NCBI GenBank assembly: GCA_963762565.1
Contig: CAVXLD010000003.1
Coordinates: 385,538 to 449,537, forward strand
DNA from: an uncultured Verrucomicrobiae bacterium
GTDB taxonomy: Bacteria; Verrucomicrobiota; Verrucomicrobiia; Chthoniobacterales; JAFAMB01
DNA: 64,000 nt
Direction of reading: 5' to 3'
This document shows, one piece after another, positions 35,434-43,756 of the stretch. How positions within the stretch are numbered: the first letter of the stretch is position 1; every line of letters begins with the position of its first letter. The notes under the pieces were generated by a model. The model worked only from the letters and a program-made list of their open reading frames with translations, searched no databases and had not been told where the DNA came from. Position numbers and translations under genes: made by a program.

Positions 35434-37119
35434 ATGCCAAATCAGAAGACCGTGAGAGTCCCCGCCGCCCTGCGCGGTATGGATTTACTGGATACGCCGC
35501 TTTTGAACAAGGGAACGGCCTTTAGCGAACCGGAACGAGATAGGTTTGGTTTGCACGGGTTGTTACCTCCGCAAGTTGAGACGCTAGCCGAGCAGGCAGA
35601 ACGTGCATACCAGGCGTACGGAGCAAAGGATACCGATTTGGAACGGCATATCTATCTGCGCCAGTTGCAGGATAACAACGAAACCTTGTTCTACCGTCTA
35701 ATGCTTGAGCACGTGGTAGAGATGATGCCGATGGTCTACACGCCGACGGTGGGACTGGCTTGCCAACAATTCAGCCACATTTACCGGCGTCCTCGAGGTT
35801 TGGCAATTTCATACCCGTTAAGAGATTCGATCGAGCAGATATTGCGCAATCGTCCGAATCCTGAAGTCGACGTGATCGTGGTAACCGATGGGGAACGGAT
35901 CCTGGGACTTGGGGATCAAGGCTTTGGCGGCTTAGGTATTCCGATCGGAAAACTGTCGCTCTATTCGTTGATTGGCGGTATTCATCCAACCCGGACATTA
36001 CCGATTGTTCTCGATGTCGGTACGAATAATAAGGAACGGCTAGCTGATCCAGAGTATCTCGGCTGGCGGCACGAAAGAATAACTGGATCGGAGTATTACG
36101 ATTTTGTCGATCGCGTTGTGAATGCGGTTAAGGCGGAGTTACCCAAAGCCTGTCTGCAATGGGAGGATTTTGCGACTCATAATGCGCGGCCCCTCCTGCT
36201 GCGCTATCAAAATGAATTGCTCACATTCAACGATGATATCCAGGGTACTGCCGCGGTTACGCTGGGCGCAATCATGGGAGCGTCTAAAGTCGCAAAGAAG
36301 AAAATCTCGGATCATCAAATCGTTTTTGTCGGGGCAGGCTCAGCCGCTATTGGTGTCGCTGATTATCTGCGATTTGCCATGTTATCCGACGGTCTTTCCG
36401 AGAAAGAAGCGCGGAGCCGGTTTTGGATCGTCGATAAGGACGGATTGCTAAATTCGCAACGTCGCGATCTAACTGAGGAACAAAAGGGATACGCCCGAGA
36501 CGCAAACGAGGTCGCTGGTTGGGCTCGAGATGAGCAGGGCAATCCCTCGCTAGCCGAGGTGATCAGCAAGATTAATGCGACTGTACTGATTGGTCTTTCG
36601 ACGGTGCACGGAATCTTTTCGGAGCCACTTGTGGGCGAGATGGCTAGAAAGACCGAGCGCCCGATTATATTTCCATTGTCTAACCCGACTAGCCATTCTG
36701 AAGCGGATCCGGCCGATCTGATTTCTTGGACCGAGGGGAGAGCGCTGATTGCGACCGGTTCGCCGTTTCGTCCGGTAAAGTATGCCGGAAAGGAAATCGA
36801 CATCGCTCAGTGCAACAATGTCTACATTTTCCCCGCGGTTGGCCTTGGTTTAGTTGCGTCGCAAGCGCAACGCGTCACAGACAAGATGCTCCTGGCGGCG
36901 GCGACCGCTTTAGGTGAGCATTCGCCTGCGATCAAAGATCCAACGGCTTCGTTGTTGCCCGGTGTTGAGAATCTCCGAGATATTGCTCGCGAGATAGCGT
37001 TCGCGGTTGGAAAGGCGGCACAGCAAGAAGGCCTCGCTCCCCATGTTGAGGAGGCGGAATTCCGGCGGGTGGTAACTGAGTCGCAGTGGCTGCCGGAGTA
37101 TATGGCGTACGAAGCGTGA
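35434..37119 (+). CDS. maeA: NAD-dependent malic enzyme
   Basis: 561 aa from ATG 35434 (MPNQKTVRVPAALRGMDLLDTPLLNKGTAFSEPERDRFGLHGLLPP...), with typical malic enzyme motifs (VVTDGERILGLGDQG, FNDDIQGTA). The ORF-track start at 35203 lies in the tandem repeat and is rejected. Confidence 0.9.
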   Translation: MPNQKTVRVPAALRGMDLLDTPLLNKGTAFSEPERDRFGLHGLLPPQVETLAEQAERAYQAYGAKDTDLERHIYLRQLQDNNETLFYRLMLEHVVEMMPMVYTPTVGLACQQFSHIYRRPRGLAISYPLRDSIEQILRNRPNPEVDVIVVTDGERILGLGDQGFGGLGIPIGKLSLYSLIGGIHPTRTLPIVLDVGTNNKERLADPEYLGWRHERITGSEYYDFVDRVVNAVKAELPKACLQWEDFATHNARPLLLRYQNELLTFNDDIQGTAAVTLGAIMGASKVAKKKISDHQIVFVGAGSAAIGVADYLRFAMLSDGLSEKEARSRFWIVDKDGLLNSQRRDLTEEQKGYARDANEVAGWARDEQGNPSLAEVISKINATVLIGLSTVHGIFSEPLVGEMARKTERPIIFPLSNPTSHSEADPADLISWTEGRALIATGSPFRPVKYAGKEIDIAQCNNVYIFPAVGLGLVASQAQRVTDKMLLAAATALGEHSPAIKDPTASLLPGVENLRDIAREIAFAVGKAAQQEGLAPHVEEAEFRRVVTESQWLPEYMAYEA

Positions 37120-37135
37120 GGATGGGTCCATCGCC

Positions 37136-37258
37136 GGGAGGGATCGCGTCCTCGCGATCCGTTCTTACCGAAACCGAGTGCCTGCCGTGATTGCGGACGC
37201 AATTACACCTTTTGGTTCGTGGCACGTCCTCGCGGCGCGGGGGGACGCGCGCCCTCCC
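37136..37258 (-). repeat. R1 hairpin-ended dispersed element, copy D (123 bp, reverse orientation)
   Basis: gggagggatcgcgtcctcgcgatcc ... ggggggacgcgcgccctccc, the reverse complement of the R1 consensus. Sits between convergent genes. Confidence 0.7.
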
Positions 37259-37281
37259 GATTAGGCCGTCCCTCCCAACGC

Positions 37282-37713
37282 TCAAAAAAAGCTGAGATGA
37301 TTTAATCCCTCTTGTAGTTCTACATCTACAGGAGCGGTGCGTTCGTTACTTAAAAGATAGACAAGTTGCATCGAGCTGGAATCTGCCGGCACTTCACGAG
37401 GGTGATCCTTTTCATTGTCGACAATCCACTCAGATTTGTCTGGCAGGTTATACACTACGAACACGTGACTTCCGGTGATCTCGGTGTCACGAATATGCCA
37501 TCGATAAAAGATGAGCCGGCCATGAATCCCGTTCGCTGCAAGTTTTGAAGAAAGAGCCAGGGCGTAGTCCATGCATGCGCCATCTTTGCCTTTGCCATGA
37601 ATCGCCGGGTCGCTGGCTAGACGATAATGCAAAGGCTCCTGGCTGAATGAAACGGCGCTAACAAACAGGCTGGCGCCGCTAAGAATGAATGCCGCTAGTA
37701 TAATTCGTTTCAT
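37282..37713 (-). CDS. Secreted hypothetical protein (possible Cys-His-Asp peptidase/transglutaminase-like core)
   Basis: 143 aa. Signal peptide MKRIILAAFILSGASLFVSAVSF. Ordered C (GACMDYA), H (TGSHVFVVY), D (IVDNEKD). Confidence 0.4.
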   Translation of the reverse strand: MKRIILAAFILSGASLFVSAVSFSQEPLHYRLASDPAIHGKGKDGACMDYALALSSKLAANGIHGRLIFYRWHIRDTEITGSHVFVVYNLPDKSEWIVDNEKDHPREVPADSSSMQLVYLLSNERTAPVDVELQEGLNHLSFF

Positions 37714-38384
37714 CGTTCCCCTTTTCCCATTCTGGTGGGCGCGCTCTCAGTCCGGCTGAGTTGTTTCCGTTTGAAAACAGCAGTCCTCTGTAACGCTTTA
37801 TCGTTCGAGCAGTTGAGGCTGCTCGGCTCGTGCGTCGGACTCTGAGAGAGCTTGGAGGAGTCTCTCCCTTCGAAGGAATCAGTTCTCCTTCGCCGATTCA
37901 GCGGGTTGCTGGATTTGAGAGCTCAGCGCGTTTTCAGCTTTCTGATCGATCCCACCCTTTCCTTAATCGCTCCGTGGAGCGTGTGGAATTGTCCGTACTT
38001 CATAATAAACACGCTCTTTAAGATAAGCACATAGTGTGCCAGATGATTCTTCCTAGGAGACACGCCCGATTGCGTTCCTTGGGTGTGCGAAAAATCGTCC
38101 ATTTCTCGCCATGGTGTGCCATTTTCGGGAAAGGGGAGAAATCTCACGCAAAGACGCAAAGGCGCAAAGAGAAGAGAAAACGAACCGCAGATGAACGCAG
38201 ATTCACGCAGATAAAGAGTGGGTGATGGTGAAAGCCGACGCTCGCCTGCGGGGGGGCGCTAGAGCCGCAAGGCGCGCGTCTAACCAATCACTAATCACAT
38301 CTCACCCAGTTCACCCTTGGCGTGAGATTCCTCTTCCACGCTACGCTTGTCAGTGGCGGGTTCCCTATGGGATTGATGTCCACC

Positions 38385-39155
38385 ATGAAACTCGCAGACA
38401 AAGTTGCCATCGTAACCGGGGGAGCGAGCGGGATCGGAAAAGCGATTGTAAAACGATTCTTTGATGAGGGCGCGCGCATGGTGGTTGCCGATCGTGATGC
38501 CGCTGCCGCCGAAGTTTTAGCGAAAAGCCTTGGGGCAGGCTCGTTCAGTGTTCCATTGGATGTGACGGAGCAAGAATCGATTGATCGGTTAGTCGCGGTT
38601 GTCGCAGACCGAGCCGGCGGTATTGATATCCTGGTTAGCTGCGCCGCCATTTACGCTTTGACGCCCATTACGGAGGTCTCTCGACAGCAATGGTCCACTC
38701 TTTTTTCCATCAACGTCGACGGCACATTCTTCACTATGCAGGCGGTCGCAAAACAGATGATCAAACAAGGGCGCGGCGGCAAGATCATTAACTTAGCGAG
38801 CCAAGCCGGTCGCCGCGGCGAGCGCCTGGGCGCGGCTTACTGTGCAACCAAGGCCGCGGTCATCAGTCTCACCCAATCAGCAGGTCTAGCCTTGATCAAA
38901 CACGGAATCAATGTGAACGCCATTGCGCCCGGGATTATCGATACGCCCATGTGGGATGTGGTCGATCGCGAGTTTGCTCGACTCGAAAATCTACCTGTTG
39001 GAGAAAAGAAACGTCAAGTTAGCCGACAGATTCCGTTCGGGCGAATGGGGCAGCCGGAAGAAGTTGCTGGCTGTGCCGTCTTTCTTGCTTCAGAAGATTC
39101 GGACTACGTCATTGCGCAAACGTACGGAGTGGATGGAGGGAATTGGATGGCCTGA
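38385..39155 (+). CDS. SDR-family oxidoreductase (sorbitol/L-iditol dehydrogenase-like)
   Basis: Start chosen at MKLADKVAIVTGGASGIGKA (TGxxxGxG). YCATK catalytic motif. The C-terminal VDGGNWMA resembles short-chain sorbitol dehydrogenases. Confidence 0.85.
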   Translation: MKLADKVAIVTGGASGIGKAIVKRFFDEGARMVVADRDAAAAEVLAKSLGAGSFSVPLDVTEQESIDRLVAVVADRAGGIDILVSCAAIYALTPITEVSRQQWSTLFSINVDGTFFTMQAVAKQMIKQGRGGKIINLASQAGRRGERLGAAYCATKAAVISLTQSAGLALIKHGINVNAIAPGIIDTPMWDVVDREFARLENLPVGEKKRQVSRQIPFGRMGQPEEVAGCAVFLASEDSDYVIAQTYGVDGGNWMA

Positions 39156-39181
39156 GCCTGAATGCATAGACGCATTCAGGC
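39156..39181. terminator. Perfect 10-bp-stem hairpin between convergent genes (possible bidirectional terminator, no U-tract)
   Basis: gcctgaatgc-atagac-gcattcaggc. Begins right after the SDR stop codon (39153-39155); its last base is the first base of the cNMP gene stop codon (39181-39183). Confidence 0.45.
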
Positions 39182-39771
39182 TAGTGACGAATCGCGGCGA
39201 ATCTTTCATCGATCGATCGCAGCCGCCGGGAGAGATCGCGGGCGATATTCAATATCACAATGGCGTACTGATCCGGTTGATGGCGATAGAGACGATAGAG
39301 GTCGGTCCCTTTCAACGCGAAAAGAAAAGTCTCTTCTATTGCCCGCAGCGAGGCCGAGCGGGTCACGCATTCGATCATGGACATTTCTCCGAGAAAATCG
39401 CGCGGTCCGAAGACAGCCAGCACGGTCTCGTGGGGTTGGTCTAAATATTTGAGAACTTCCACCCGGCCGGAATGAATAATGAACATCCGATTGCCGGCTT
39501 CACCTTCCCTGACAATGACATCGTTTTTCTGAACGGCGACGTCTTCAACCTGGTTTGCCAATTCGGATAACGCGGCTTGATTGAGCCCGGCAAAGATCGG
39601 GATGGTGCTTAAAAATTCCTGGCGCTCATTCGCAGGGATCACAGGGGGAGGGGGTAGTTGGCAAACTGTCGTCCTGGCGGGTTCAAAGTCAAAGCCGCGG
39701 AAAAAATGAGAAGTAGAACGTGCCGGCGTTGTAGGTCTTATCGACCCGGCGCGACGCGCCGTCCTTTTCAC
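39181..39771 (-). CDS. Stand-alone cyclic-nucleotide-binding domain protein
   Basis: 196 aa (GTG start, uncertain). cNMP-binding fold (IPIFAGLNQAALSELANQ..., FGEMSMI, RSASLRA). The N-terminal ~55 aa are low complexity. Confidence 0.8.
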   Translation of the reverse strand: MKRTARRAGSIRPTTPARSTSHFFRGFDFEPARTTVCQLPPPPVIPANERQEFLSTIPIFAGLNQAALSELANQVEDVAVQKNDVIVREGEAGNRMFIIHSGRVEVLKYLDQPHETVLAVFGPRDFLGEMSMIECVTRSASLRAIEETFLFALKGTDLYRLYRHQPDQYAIVILNIARDLSRRLRSIDERFAAIRH

Positions 39772-39788
39772 CTTTCACCTCTCACCGC

Positions 39789-40154
39789 TTACCTCGCGGC
39801 AGCGATCTGCGTGACCAAGTCCGGTAGTGTTCGCGTACTGATGGGTTTTACGACGTAGGCATCGCAACCGGCTGCCATCGCGTCTTCGCGCGTGTACCGC
39901 TCCGGGTAAAACGTGACGGCTAAGACGGGGATTTTTCCGGAGTGCGGGTCAGATCGCAATAGACGGACGAGCGATAATCCGTCGCTGTCCGGAAGGGATA
40001 AGTCGACAATGATGATCTCGGGCTTGTCGCGATTAATGGACTCGATCGCTTGGCTTGCTCCTCTTGCTCCACTCACTCGGTGACCGGCAGCGCTCAACAC
40101 AACGTGGACCAGCTTGAGGTGCAACGGATTATCTTCTACAGCCAGTACTTTAAT
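39789..40154 (-). CDS. CheY-like single-domain response regulator (start unresolved: ATT start or 1-nt frameshift)
   Basis: Receiver motifs IKVLAVEDNPLHLKL..., IIIVDLSLPDSDG, LAVT, YVVKP. The ORF-track TTG start (40124) would delete beta1 and the acidic pocket. The frame is open back to ATT 40154, preceded by GGAGGA. Confidence 0.7.
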   Translation of the reverse strand: MKVLAVEDNPLHLKLVHVVLSAAGHRVSGARGASQAIESINRDKPEIIIVDLSLPDSDGLSLVRLLRSDPHSGKIPVLAVTFYPERYTREDAMAAGCDAYVVKPISTRTLPDLVTQIAAAR

Positions 40155-40167
40155 AGGCGTCCTCCAT

Positions 40168-40596
40168 TCACTCGTTACGTTTTTGGTTTCTCCGGCGCTG
40201 CAACAGATCGGCGACTTGCGCCGGTAGTTCCCGAGTGTTGATTGGCTTAGTTACGTACGCATCGCACCCCGCTGCAATGGCTCTTTGCCGGTCTGCTTTC
40301 ATGGCGAATGCGGTTAGCGCCACGATAACGATATCTGCTGTTGGCGGGTCGTTTTTCAGTTTCTTAGTGAGAGTCAAGCCGTCGATCCCGGGAAGGTCGA
40401 CATCCAAAAGGATAAGCTCCGGAGGATCCCTTTTGACGGTGGCCGCAGCCTCCTCGCCATCGGCAGCCTTTAGCACGCGATAACCTTCAAAGGCGAGCAG
40501 ATCGGAGACCAATTTCAAATTGATCGGGTTATCGTCCACCACCAAAATGGTGGCCGCAGTTTTTGCAGCGTCCGGTTCTATATCGTTTGGTTTCAA
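40168..40596 (-). CDS. CheY-like single-domain response regulator
   Basis: 142 aa. ILVVDDNPINLKL, LILLDVDLPGIDG, ALTAFAMK, YVTKP. Its start overlaps the kinase stop (TTGA). Confidence 0.88.
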   Translation of the reverse strand: MKPNDIEPDAAKTAATILVVDDNPINLKLVSDLLAFEGYRVLKAADGEEAAATVKRDPPELILLDVDLPGIDGLTLTKKLKNDPPTADIVIVALTAFAMKADRQRAIAAGCDAYVTKPINTRELPAQVADLLQRRRNQKRNE

Positions 40597-41777
40597 GATA
40601 GGGAGTCTGAGTCAAGGGGCGGTAGAACCATGGGCAGCACAATCGTGAATTTTGTTCCTTTGCCGAATTCGCTCTCAACGTCAATTGTGCCCGATTGCAA
40701 TTCAACAATTCTTCGGGTCAACGCCAAGCCTAATCCTGTTCCCTGCCCTCGGCGTTGCCCTGAGTTGATCTGCTCGAACTCCTTGAACAGACGTTTCACA
40801 TCTTCAGGCTTGATCCCGATTCCGGTATCCGCAACGACCAGTCGAAAACGGCCCTGCTCGATTTTGATCGTGGTCACTTCAACCGTGCCGCCGTCGTCCG
40901 TGAACTTAACCGCATTCGCAAAAAGATTATATAGGACCTGTTTAAAGCGGTTCCGGTCGAGCGTCACTTCATCAAAATCAGGGTCCAGTTGAATCTTGAT
41001 CTGCAGCTGCTTTTTCTGAGCGGTCAGTTCGAGGGCGGCATAGACATCATCGATGGCTTTTGCGATCGAGAACGACTCAGCCGAGAGTTCCATTTTTCCT
41101 GCCACCACTTTGGCGAGGTCGAGGACATCGTTGATGACGTGCAGCAGGTGTTTCCCGCTATGCAGAATGTCTTCCAGGTATTCTTTCTGCTTCGGATTGA
41201 CAGTTCCTGGTTTTTCATCGGCTAAGAACTCCGCAAAACCGATAATGCCGTTGAGCGGCGTTCTGAGTTCGTGTGACATGTTTGCCAAAAACATGTCCCT
41301 GGCTTCCAACGTTCTTTGGAGTTCAATATTTTTCTCATATAGGGCCAGTTCGATTCTTCGCCGCTCGGTCCTGTCTCTGGTGACTTCGCTGAAGCCGAGT
41401 AGACGACCGTCGTGGTCCAACACTCTACTGACCGTCACCCTGGCCCAGAATCTTTGACCGTCTTTGCGAAAGCGCCACCCCTCATCCTGGGCCTGGCCGT
41501 AGACCAGAGCATTATTCAATATTTGCGCCGGTTTCCCGGCAGCTCTGTCCTCCTCGGGAAAAAAACAGGAAAAGTGTTTCCCGATGATCTCGTTGGCGCG
41601 GTATCCCTTGATTCGCGCGGCTCCCGCGTTCCATGTGGCCACGCGACCGGTAGCGTCGAGCAGGAAAATCGCATATTCCTGCAAACTCTCGATAAGCAGG
41701 CGCATCGAGTCCTCGCGCTCTCGAAGTACGGCTTTGTCCCGGGCCAATCGGTCAGACTCGTTCATGCTGGCTTCCAA
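40593..41777 (-). CDS. Cytoplasmic PAS-domain sensor histidine kinase
   Basis: 394 aa with no TM segments. PAS (FLLDATGRVATWNAGAARIKGYRANEIIGKHFSCFF), H-box (FLANMSHELRTPLNGIIGF), N/G1/G2 boxes (NLFANAVKF, DTGIGI, GTGLGLALT). ATG at 41765 is an alternative start. Confidence 0.88.
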   Translation of the reverse strand: MEASMNESDRLARDKAVLREREDSMRLLIESLQEYAIFLLDATGRVATWNAGAARIKGYRANEIIGKHFSCFFPEEDRAAGKPAQILNNALVYGQAQDEGWRFRKDGQRFWARVTVSRVLDHDGRLLGFSEVTRDRTERRRIELALYEKNIELQRTLEARDMFLANMSHELRTPLNGIIGFAEFLADEKPGTVNPKQKEYLEDILHSGKHLLHVINDVLDLAKVVAGKMELSAESFSIAKAIDDVYAALELTAQKKQLQIKIQLDPDFDEVTLDRNRFKQVLYNLFANAVKFTDDGGTVEVTTIKIEQGRFRLVVADTGIGIKPEDVKRLFKEFEQINSGQRRGQGTGLGLALTRRIVELQSGTIDVESEFGKGTKFTIVLPMVLPPLDSDSLS

Positions 41778-41971
41778 TTGGCTGTGAAAGTATCCCGGAG
41801 TCTGCCATTTCGAAAGCGCAAGCAGCTAAAAGCGGCTTCGTTCCCGCCCTCGTCGTCCCGCCGTCGCTGGCAATGGAGCTTATAACGTGCAACCTAAAAG
41901 CTATGGCGGGCAGGCTGTCCTTGTCCTCGAATTCGGGTGCGCGGAGTGGTAGAGGCGGTGGAGTGATGGAG

Positions 41972-42279
41972 TGTTGAAAAACCGGTTCTTCCGTCCCAGA
42001 GGGACAAACCGATGGTAGCCTGGCACGAAGTGCCTGGAATTACGGCCAGATTATGACCCGTCCCATAGGGACGGTATGATCGAGTAACACCGATGAGGCG
42101 ATGTCCGAGGGCCTCCAACCGCGAACTGAGGTTTGCATTAAAGATCCGTTTCACGCCTAGCAGTCGCCAATCATACCGTCCCTATGGGACGGATCCGCTT
42201 GGGGATGCCTCCCCAGGCACTTCGTGCCAGGCTACCATCGATTTGTCCCTCCGGGACAGAAGAGCTCCGTTTTTCAACA
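41972..42279. repeat. R5: two inverted copies of a ~113-nt three-hairpin element
   Basis: Arms 41972-42084 and 42166-42279 are mutually reverse-complementary. Each holds the hairpins GTCCC-aga-GGGAC, CCAGGCAC-ttc-GTGCCTGG and CCGTCCC-ata-GGGACGG. Confidence 0.8.
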
Positions 42280-42307
42280 GGCTGCTGGGGCTTTAGCCGG
42301 CTGTTTC

Positions 42308-42787
42308 TTATTCTTCCCCGTCGAAGTAATCGAGGTCGCCAGACCGGATAATCTTTCGTTCCGGTGACTGCACTACCCATTTGTTACTGTCCGGGAAGTA
42401 GGTTGACTCACCGATGGGATTGTCGGCTACCACATAGACGATGAGGTCCTGGGGACCGTCATTGATAAGCTGATGCGGTTCTCCTGGTTTGAAAAGGAAA
42501 GCATCGCCCGATTCAATGTCAGTCATGCCATCCTGGTGGCGGACCTTACCAGCGCCTGAAATGACGTGGTAGAACTCCCATTGCGCACTATGAGAGCCGT
42601 AAGGATAAGGGGTTTTACCCGGCGGAATGCGACAGATCTCGACATCAAACGGGTGACGCCGGTTGAGGTCGGTCGAATAAGGATCGCGGCCTAGAGCTTC
42701 GGACACCTCTTTGCCGGCTCCCACAAATTTTCCTTTGGGCGACGACCAAGAAATCTCCGAGAGAGTGTTGGTGTTTATTTTGAGCAT
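42308..42787 (-). CDS. Cupin-domain protein
   Basis: 159 aa. Cupin motifs around GSHSAQWEFYHVISGAG and GDAFLFKPGEPHQLIN. Confidence 0.75.
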   Translation of the reverse strand: MLKINTNTLSEISWSSPKGKFVGAGKEVSEALGRDPYSTDLNRRHPFDVEICRIPPGKTPYPYGSHSAQWEFYHVISGAGKVRHQDGMTDIESGDAFLFKPGEPHQLINDGPQDLIVYVVADNPIGESTYFPDSNKWVVQSPERKIIRSGDLDYFDGEE

Positions 42788-42905
42788 CGTTTTTGAGAGA
42801 TCGTTAGGGTCAGCGTTTTTCTAATCTAGAGGCTTAGCAGGGAAAGTTCGGCATAGCCCAGGTAATGATCTATAACCCGCTGCGGCAGGTAAGGATCCGG
42901 TCGGC

Positions 42906-42931
42906 GCAGGGATGAGTGGTCTCATCCCTGC
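42906..42931. terminator. 11-bp perfect-stem hairpin downstream of the VOC gene (no U-tract)
   Basis: gcagggatgag-tggt-ctcatccctgc, located about 30 nt 3' of the VOC gene stop. Confidence 0.35.
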
Positions 42932-42960
42932 GATTCAGCGCTTTATCCCAGTTGGCTAGC

Positions 42961-43419
42961 TTATGATTGGCCAGCGGTAGCGCACTCTTTTTGGAATGCT
43001 TCGGCTCTCTTCTTGAGCTCATCAGGAGGCACATCTTCCACGTGGGTCGCAATGCCCCAGAGATTGCCGAATGGGTCTTGGACTGATGCGTTACGATCGC
43101 CGTAGAAGGCGTTCTGCGGTGCTCGAACCGACGTCGCGCCTGACTTAAGCGCGCGCTCGTAAGCCGCGTCTACGTCGTCGACGTAAACATACAGCGAATT
43201 CTGTTTCGCCGGCCATTGAGGCATCGCGTCGCCAACCATCAACGCCGAATCGCCAATGCTCAGTTCGGCATGCATGATCTTTCCGTCGGGTCCGTCCATT
43301 TTAAAGCGATCTTGGGCGTTAAAAACGAATTTGATGAAATCGATGAATTGTTGGGCGCCTTCGACACAAAAACTCGGCGTAATTGAATGGTAACCTTCCG
43401 GGATCGGTTGAGTGGCCAT
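42961..43419 (-). CDS. VOC-family (glyoxalase/bleomycin-resistance fold, PhnB-like) protein
   Basis: 152 aa. YHSITPSFCVEGAQQFIDFIKFVFNA...IMHAELSIGDSALMVGD...YGDRNASVQDPFGNLWGI is typical of the family. Confidence 0.8.
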   Translation of the reverse strand: MATQPIPEGYHSITPSFCVEGAQQFIDFIKFVFNAQDRFKMDGPDGKIMHAELSIGDSALMVGDAMPQWPAKQNSLYVYVDDVDAAYERALKSGATSVRAPQNAFYGDRNASVQDPFGNLWGIATHVEDVPPDELKKRAEAFQKECATAGQS

Positions 43420-43756
43420 ATGATTTGAATGGGTTGAACTAGTTGGAGTTGGTTTTTTAACGTTTTGGGTTTTAGATGGCTTAAGCGAGTAGCCTGGCCT
43501 TGGTGTTGGAACGGGTATTGCGTTGATGGGCGCTGGGAGTGTTGTGTGGGAGGAGGGGGTGGGACGACGGGTGTGGGACGAGGGTGATGGGTCGAGCTAA
43601 TGTTCAAGTGAACATGAATCGGGATTTAGCCTTGTCAAGACAGGATTGCTAGATAAGTCAGCTTCTCACGGTCCCCCAGACAGTCCAATTGATAGCAGTT
43701 GACTTCGTCCGGCAGCACGGAAGGAAAACCACAATCTGTGGGGGCTGCAGCCGCAT

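Noticed and set aside
37714-38384. Small ORFs in the 670-bp spacer (37830-38021, 37923-38159, 38034-38225, and a 26-codon MKYGQFHTLHGAIKERVGSIRKLKTR)
   Set aside because: I recognise no motifs in them. The region contains low-complexity AAGAC/GCAAAG-type repeats typical of the intergenic filler in this window. They are not supportable as genes without conservation data.
43260-43607. 115-aa proline-rich ORF upstream of and overlapping the VOC gene start
   Set aside because: It is the antisense translation of the G-tract cluster (CCC codons) and overlaps the real VOC N-terminus out of frame.
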